DNA of 64,000 nucleotides from an uncultured Candidatus Saccharibacteria bacterium (GTDB lineage: Bacteria > Patescibacteriota > Minisyncoccia > Phycocordibacterales > WO2-35-19): positions 1 through 64,000 of the forward strand of contig CAYMOW010000002.1 of the NCBI GenBank assembly GCA_964392285.1, given 5' to 3'. Below are positions 58,766-64,000 of this stretch, in pieces; position 1 is the stretch's first letter; each line of letters opens with the position of its first letter. A model generated the notes under the pieces. The model did not search any database. It saw only the letters and a program-made list of their open reading frames with translations, and was not told the origin of the DNA. A program made the position numbers and the translations under genes.

Positions 58766-60421
58766 TTATTTGGCCTTCTTTTTGCGAGCGATGGCGGAAG
58801 CGATGAATTCGGAGAAGAGTGGGTGGGGAGAAAGAGGACGGGCCAAGAATTCGGGATGGAATTGGGTGCCAAGGAAAAATGGGTGGCTAGACTTGGGCAA
58901 TTCGGCGATCTCCATCAGCTTACCATCGGGCGAAATACCAGAGAAAACCAGCCCGGCCTTTTCTATAGCCTCGATAAATTCTGGATTGACTTCGTAGCGA
59001 TGACGATGCCTCTCTCTTATGACTTCCTGCTTGTAAGCGCTACGCGCAATGGTGCCCTGGCGGAGAAGCGCCGGGTAGGAACCGAGGCGCATAGTGCCCC
59101 CCATCTCGCCCTTAGCGATAAGTTTCTTCTGTTCGGGCATAATATCGATAATCAGATGTTTGGATTTGGGATTGATTTCGGCCGTATGCGCGTCTTTCCA
59201 ACCCAAAACATTGCGCGCGTATTCGACAACCATTAGTTGCATACCATAGCAGAGTCCAAAATATGGAATCTTGTTCTCTCGACAGTATTGTATGGCTTTG
59301 ATTTTGCCTTCAACCCCGCTCTCACCAAAGCCCCCGGGCACAAGCACACCATCATACTTTTTGAGTTCAGAAAGTTTGCTCTGGTTTCTTTCGTACTCTT
59401 TAGCATTTAACCATTCGATGACCGGCTTCTTGTTCTTATGAATAGCCGATATTTTGAGCGCCTCGATCACTGAAATGTAGGCATCGGAGAGCACAAAATC
59501 ACCAGTGTCGAAATACTTGCCCACAATCGCAATCCGCACTTCGTCTCTGACCGAACCGGCCTTGCGCACAAACTCGCGCCATTCGACCAAATCTTTCTTT
59601 CTGGGTCGCAAACCAAAATGCTTCAAAATACGATCGGAGAGCCCGTCATCTTCGAAGTTGATCGGCACTTGATAAATCGAGTCGATATCTGGTGCAGAGA
59701 TGACATTTTCTGAAGGAATACCCGAGGCCATCGCCACCTTTTCTTTGCGCTTCCTGTCGAGCGGATATTCACTCCGAGCAATAATCATATCGGCATTAAC
59801 ACCATAAGAAGAAAGTTGGCGCACGGCATTTTGGGTCGGCTTGGTCTTCATTTCGCCGATTTTGTTCGGCACCGGAAAATAGCTGACCAGCACAAAAAGC
59901 ACATCTTTGGGATGTTGCAATTTGATCATTCGGGCCGCTTCGATAAAGATGGCATTTTGGTATTCACCAATGGTGCCCCCAATTTCCATAATTGTGATTT
60001 CCGAACCACTCCTTTCAATCGAGCGCTTGATCCGACGCAAAATTTCTTCGGTAATGTGGAAAACCGGTTCGACACACTTGCCCTTGTAGCCGAGCGCACG
60101 CTCCTTGTCGATCACATACTTAAAGACCATACCGTTGGTCATATAGTTGTCAGCCGGAACACTTTGGTTGAGAAAGCGTTCGTAATTGCCCATATCCTGA
60201 TCCGTTTCGAGCCCAGAATCAAGCACAAAAACCTCGCCATGCTCGGTCGGGTTCATGGTACCAGCGTCGACATTGAGATACGGATCAGCCTTGATTGAGG
60301 AAACTTTGAAGCCTTTGGACTGGAGAATGGTGCCGATAGAAGCCGAGGTAATACCCTTGCCCACCCCCGACATAACACCTCCAATAACGAAGATGTATTT
60401 GTGTTTGCTTCTTTTCACCAC
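58766..60421 (-). CDS. pyrG: CTP synthase
   Basis: KYIFVIGGVMSGVGKGITSASIG N-terminus, and the GATase domain GLCYGMQ. Confidence 0.95.
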   Translation of the reverse strand: MVKRSKHKYIFVIGGVMSGVGKGITSASIGTILQSKGFKVSSIKADPYLNVDAGTMNPTEHGEVFVLDSGLETDQDMGNYERFLNQSVPADNYMTNGMVFKYVIDKERALGYKGKCVEPVFHITEEILRRIKRSIERSGSEITIMEIGGTIGEYQNAIFIEAARMIKLQHPKDVLFVLVSYFPVPNKIGEMKTKPTQNAVRQLSSYGVNADMIIARSEYPLDRKRKEKVAMASGIPSENVISAPDIDSIYQVPINFEDDGLSDRILKHFGLRPRKKDLVEWREFVRKAGSVRDEVRIAIVGKYFDTGDFVLSDAYISVIEALKISAIHKNKKPVIEWLNAKEYERNQSKLSELKKYDGVLVPGGFGESGVEGKIKAIQYCRENKIPYFGLCYGMQLMVVEYARNVLGWKDAHTAEINPKSKHLIIDIMPEQKKLIAKGEMGGTMRLGSYPALLRQGTIARSAYKQEVIRERHRHRYEVNPEFIEAIEKAGLVFSGISPDGKLMEIAELPKSSHPFFLGTQFHPEFLARPLSPHPLFSEFIASAIARKKKAK

Positions 60422-60425
60422 CCGA

Positions 60426-61364
60426 TTATAACTTCAAATAACGTCTGACCGCAAGTAGACTAGAAAGGGCGCCAATACCTACTCCGGCGCCAATAACAAC
60501 CAAAGCAATTTGCACAAAATTTTGGAGATAGTAGCTAAAGACGTTGAGCCCGATAAAGAAATTTTGAGTCACACCACCGAGCCAATAAAGTAAGGGGAAG
60601 AAGAGCAAGACGGTCAGCAATCCAGAAACCGAGCCGACCAAAAAACCAGTTACCACAAACGGTCCTTTGATGTAGTTTTTGGAAGCGCCGACAAGTTGCA
60701 TTACACTAATTTCTTCGCGAGAGATATAAATGGCCAACCGAATGGTGTTGAAAGTTATAATGATCGAGACCAAAACCAAGGCAACCGAAACAGCCGTGCC
60801 CAGCCGACCAGCCGAGTCGATAATGCGCGAAAGTTTTTCGATCGCTGTCTTGTTCTCAAAATAATTGACCTTATCGACAATTTTTTGACCACCACTACCC
60901 AGAATATTTTCTTCATTCAAAAAGTTAGCCAGCGATTCGTATTGCGAAGGCTCCTTGGCTTTGATATTGAGCACTGCTCCTAGCGGGTTATCGCCGAGTT
61001 CTTCGAGCGCTTGCAGAGTAATCGCATCGCTCGAATGTCTGTCTTTGAATCTTTGTAGGGCCTCCTCTCGACTAACATATTCGACCCGAGCCACCTCGGG
61101 CATTGATTCGATCCGAGTCTTGAGCGAAAGGATGTCCGCTTCGCCGGCCGCAGTGACAAAATAGACATTGACATCGACCTTGTTGCGCAATTCTTGCAAA
61201 GTTATATTGAGTATGGCGCCTAGAAAAATCACCCCTCCAACCACCGAAAGAGTCACCATCATCACCAAGATCGAAGCCAGCGAAACGTAGCCACTGCGCC
61301 AGAAATTGAAGAAGCCGGCCTTGATCACCCTTTTGAGTTTTATCTTGAATGTGCTTTGTTCCAT
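60426..61364 (-). CDS. ftsX: cell-division permease FtsX
   Basis: N-terminal cytoplasmic segment, TM, periplasmic domain, and three C-terminal TM segments. Confidence 0.8.
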   Translation of the reverse strand: MEQSTFKIKLKRVIKAGFFNFWRSGYVSLASILVMMVTLSVVGGVIFLGAILNITLQELRNKVDVNVYFVTAAGEADILSLKTRIESMPEVARVEYVSREEALQRFKDRHSSDAITLQALEELGDNPLGAVLNIKAKEPSQYESLANFLNEENILGSGGQKIVDKVNYFENKTAIEKLSRIIDSAGRLGTAVSVALVLVSIIITFNTIRLAIYISREEISVMQLVGASKNYIKGPFVVTGFLVGSVSGLLTVLLFFPLLYWLGGVTQNFFIGLNVFSYYLQNFVQIALVVIGAGVGIGALSSLLAVRRYLKL

Positions 61365-61474
61365 AGTGGTTTAATTTTCAATTTTTAATTTAGAATTTTC
61401 AACAAATGATTTAATTTAAAATTTATAAACATTGAAAATTTAATGAAAATTGATAATTGATAATTCTAAATTTC

Positions 61475-62188
61475 TTAAAGTATGTATTTTCCAGTTGGAT
61501 CGTCTCTTATAATCTTGCCGTTTTGCATCGTAATCACCCTTTTACCGATCGAGTCGATCACCCCCTTGTTGTGAGTGGTTAAAATCACGGTCGTGCCCAG
61601 ATCGTTGATACGTTTCAAAATTTCGACAATATCGTAGGTGTTGACCGGGTCGAGGTTGCCAGTCGGCTCGTCGGCAATAATGATATCCGGCTGATTGACA
61701 ATCGCCCGCGCGATCGCCACCCTCTGCTTTTCACCGCCCGAAAGTTCGTTTGGAAAATTCCAAATTTTTGGTCCAAGATCCACAAGCTCCAAAACATGCG
61801 GCACATCAGACTCAATCTCCTCATCGCTCCGACCAGCCGCTTCCATAGCAAAAGCGATATTTTCGAAAACATTTTTTTGCGGTAGAAGACGAAAATCTTG
61901 GAAGACAGCGCCAATCTTGCGGCGCACAAAGTTGATGTCGTCATCGTGCAAAGCGTGAATATCGGTGCCCTGCAACAAAACCTTGCCCGCAGTCGGCCGG
62001 TCTTCGGCTAAGAGCATTTTGAGCAAAGTAGTCTTGCCGGCGCCGGATGGCCCAACAATAGAGACAAATTCATTAGGTTCGACTACAAAGGAGACGCCTT
62101 CTAGGGCTACATAATCGCCATTGTATTTTTTGGATACATTATCAAAAGTAATCACAGCCTTTATTATATCACAATCCAAACAATGCAA
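61475..62188 (-). CDS. ftsE: cell-division ABC ATPase FtsE
   Basis: ITFDNVSKKY..GPSGAGKTTLLKML, LSGGEKQRVAIARA, and IIADEPTGNLD. Confidence 0.85.
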   Translation of the reverse strand: MHCLDCDIIKAVITFDNVSKKYNGDYVALEGVSFVVEPNEFVSIVGPSGAGKTTLLKMLLAEDRPTAGKVLLQGTDIHALHDDDINFVRRKIGAVFQDFRLLPQKNVFENIAFAMEAAGRSDEEIESDVPHVLELVDLGPKIWNFPNELSGGEKQRVAIARAIVNQPDIIIADEPTGNLDPVNTYDIVEILKRINDLGTTVILTTHNKGVIDSIGKRVITMQNGKIIRDDPTGKYIL

Positions 62189-62192
62189 AACT

Positions 62193-63077
62193 CTAACGGG
62201 ATTCGGCGTCTAAAAATTCTTGAATTTCACCTTGCTCTAAAACACCTTCGACATCGCTCGTCTCGACATTGGTCCGATGATCCTTGACCATCTTGTAGGG
62301 GTGGAGCACATAAGAGCGGATTTGGTTGCCCCAAGCAACTTCGGTTGTCTTGCTTATATACATTCCCTCAACTTTGCTCACTCGCTCCTCTTCGAGCGCT
62401 TTAAAAATTTTGGCCTTGAGGATAGAGAGAGCCTTTTCTTTGTTGTCAGCCTGACTACGCTCGTTGTCGGAGGAAGCACTAAGTCCGGTCGGCAGATGCA
62501 CAATCCGCACAGCCGTCTCACGCTTGTTGACGTTTTGTCCGCCGGGGCCGGAAGAACGCGAAAGTTCAATTTTCAAATCTTCATCGCGTAGTTCTATGTC
62601 TGCCTCAATCTGTTTATCAAATTTTGGTATGACCTCGACCATACTGAAGCTTGTATGCCTTTTTTGATTAGCATTGAAGGGCGAAACCCGCACTAGTCGG
62701 TGCACCCCAGACTCCTTCTTCAATACTCCATAAATATTTTTGCCACCCACCTCGACCGTTACATTCCGGAACCCTCCATGATCGTTTTGGTTTTCGTGCA
62801 AAATTTTGTAACTAAAATTGTTTTTATCAAAATATTTGAAATACATCCGCAAAAGCATCGCGCTAAAGTCTTCGGCGTCATCACCTCCTGCACCCGAAAA
62901 GATAGTCATGATAGCGTCACCCCTATCGTACTTACCCACTCCCAAAAGCTCGTCTTTGAGCCTCTGCATTTCTTTGATGATCGCCTGCGCGCGCTCCTTG
63001 TCTTCCCAAAAGCGTGGGCTTATCATCTGCGCCTCGAGCTCTTTTATCTTCTGTTCAATTTCTGCTTTTTCTGCCAT
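62193..63077 (-). CDS. prfB: peptide chain release factor 2 (short N-terminus, no frameshift site seen)
   Basis: SPF motif (VRVSPFNANQ), GGQ (SSGPGGQNVNK); 294 aa. The upstream context shows no CUU-UGA-C shift site. Confidence 0.85.
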   Translation of the reverse strand: MAEKAEIEQKIKELEAQMISPRFWEDKERAQAIIKEMQRLKDELLGVGKYDRGDAIMTIFSGAGGDDAEDFSAMLLRMYFKYFDKNNFSYKILHENQNDHGGFRNVTVEVGGKNIYGVLKKESGVHRLVRVSPFNANQKRHTSFSMVEVIPKFDKQIEADIELRDEDLKIELSRSSGPGGQNVNKRETAVRIVHLPTGLSASSDNERSQADNKEKALSILKAKIFKALEEERVSKVEGMYISKTTEVAWGNQIRSYVLHPYKMVKDHRTNVETSDVEGVLEQGEIQEFLDAESR

Positions 63078-63109
63078 TAAATCACTTTAACCCTTTTTAC
63101 CAATTTGAG

Positions 63110-63417
63110 CAAAAAAATTAAGTATGAATAAAGGGCCCCCTGGTGGAAGCCCTTTTGTGAGAGGTAAAAAACCTCTCGATGAGTGCTGGGGCGCATCGGG
63201 CGCGCCCAGGAGGTACCCTTCGCGACGCCCCCGTAAAAGAAATTGGTGTGGAGGTCGGATGAGCACCTACAGGATATCATAAACAGAAAAAAGTGCAAGC
63301 GAATCTGTGGACTGGCCGCAAAGGATACCTCTTGGTGTGTGCCGTCCCAGGCGTCCCAAAAGAGTACCTAACACCCATTGTCAAATTGCCAATGGTAGGC
63401 AACCAACCACAGATCCA
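63110..63417 (-). ncRNA. candidate roughly 300-nt structured ncRNA (identity unresolved: ssrA/ssrS/ffs-like?)
   Basis: On the minus strand there is a consensus sigma70-like promoter, TTGACA (63452..63447), a 17-nt spacer, and TATACT (63429..63424). This is followed by roughly 300 nt of GC-rich sequence (about 60% GC) with no ORF. It ends in the hairpin GGGCUUCC-ACCA-GGGGGCCC (63152..63133) plus UUUAUUCAUACUUAAUUUUUUU. Confidence 0.45.
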
Positions 63418-63493
63418 CAAGCGAGTATACACGATTATTAAACTCTGTCAAGTCCCTGTATCCGTCCACCCACCAATTTATATAAAAGAAAAG

Positions 63494-63521
63494 CCCCCGA
63501 GGCGCGCGCCAAACGCCTCGG
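63494..63521 (-). terminator. rho-independent terminator for the 63568..63990 gene
   Basis: CCCGAGGCG-CGCGCCAAA-CGCCTCGGG hairpin, followed on the minus strand by CTTTTCTTTTAT. Confidence 0.55.
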
Positions 63522-63567
63522 GAAACCTTATTGCCACCTTTTCTCCAGAAGGTGGTCCAGCCGGCGC

Positions 63568-63990
63568 TCATCGCGCCGGCGAGTGTGCAGTCGCCGAACC
63601 GCGACGACCGCGAAAAGCAGACATACCACCGTCGGCCACCCGACGAAAAACCCGAGAATTTCGAACATAAAACCCCTCCGATTTCTGAAGCCCCCATCGT
63701 AGCAGACGGAAGCAGGTTGCAGTGGCCAGGAGAGCGACGCTCCAGACCATCAAGACCGCGATTAGCTCGCCTGGATCAGCGGGCGCTTGATAGACTTGCC
63801 CCGCATCAATCCATTCCGCCATTTCTTGTCCATACTCTATGTATTTCCACCCGGCACTAATTAAAAAAAACAACCCCGGAAAGAAACACATCCAAGACAA
63901 GACCGAGCAAATGGCTCTGGAAAAACGCAGAAACCACATTGTGAGCCTCCCTGCGAACGGGATTTCCTCAAATATTATACCTAAAATCAA
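63568..63990 (-). CDS. hypothetical membrane protein with a basic C-terminal tail
   Basis: A hydrophobic N-terminal two-thirds and an Arg-rich tail; a terminator lies downstream. Confidence 0.35.
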   Translation of the reverse strand: MILGIIFEEIPFAGRLTMWFLRFSRAICSVLSWMCFFPGLFFLISAGWKYIEYGQEMAEWIDAGQVYQAPADPGELIAVLMVWSVALLATATCFRLLRWGLQKSEGFYVRNSRVFRRVADGGMSAFRGRRGSATAHSPAR

Positions 63991-64000
63991 ATAAAAAGCA

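Noticed and set aside
63293-63697. Plus ORF 63293..63670 (125 aa), minus ORF 63368..63697 (109 aa), and plus ORF 63531..63860
   Set aside because: They sit in the GC-rich promoter-to-terminator RNA region and its terminator. They have Arg/Pro-rich low-complexity translations typical of random GC-rich frames, and no RBS.

Overview
The window is a gene-dense stretch of a small, moderately low-GC bacterial genome; CPR/Patescibacteria-like is my guess from the gene set (short IF-2, ValRS and RF2, many small membrane proteins). All product calls are by eye (conserved motifs and domain architecture), without database searches.

Core content:
- a murD-murA / murB-murC cell-wall cluster
- clpB, iscS/nifS-like, infB, gyrA, tsaD, valS, groES-groEL, secG, rnj, pyrG, ftsEX, prfB
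- a csoR-copA copper operon
- 9 tRNAs
- an RNase P RNA candidate

Accessory or unusual content:
- A tandem array of seven paralogous small two-transmembrane secreted proteins (VirB2/TrbC-pilin-like), with a membrane-anchored solute-binding-like protein next to it.
- An SPFH plus polytopic-membrane gene pair next to a tRNA/repeat hotspot.
- An AT-rich island next to tRNA-Glu carrying a secreted lipase and a restriction-modification system (two methyltransferases plus one putative endonuclease).
- A 1252-aa surface protein with internal repeats and a poly-Gly tract encoded by a GGN repeat.
- A second AT-rich cluster of defence-like genes (2-TM protein, DUF2726 nuclease-like, GIY-YIG) beside tRNA-Gln.
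- A 3.4-kb segment bracketed by a complete tspO and a 51-codon tspO 5' remnant.
- tRNA 3'-end duplications ~150 nt downstream of tRNA-Tyr and tRNA-Leu.
- A recurrent AT-rich intergenic repeat family.
- Several candidate non-coding RNAs (promoter-to-terminator unit upstream of prfB, GC-rich structured element downstream of groEL, terminated leader before a small membrane protein gene).

No CRISPR array was seen.
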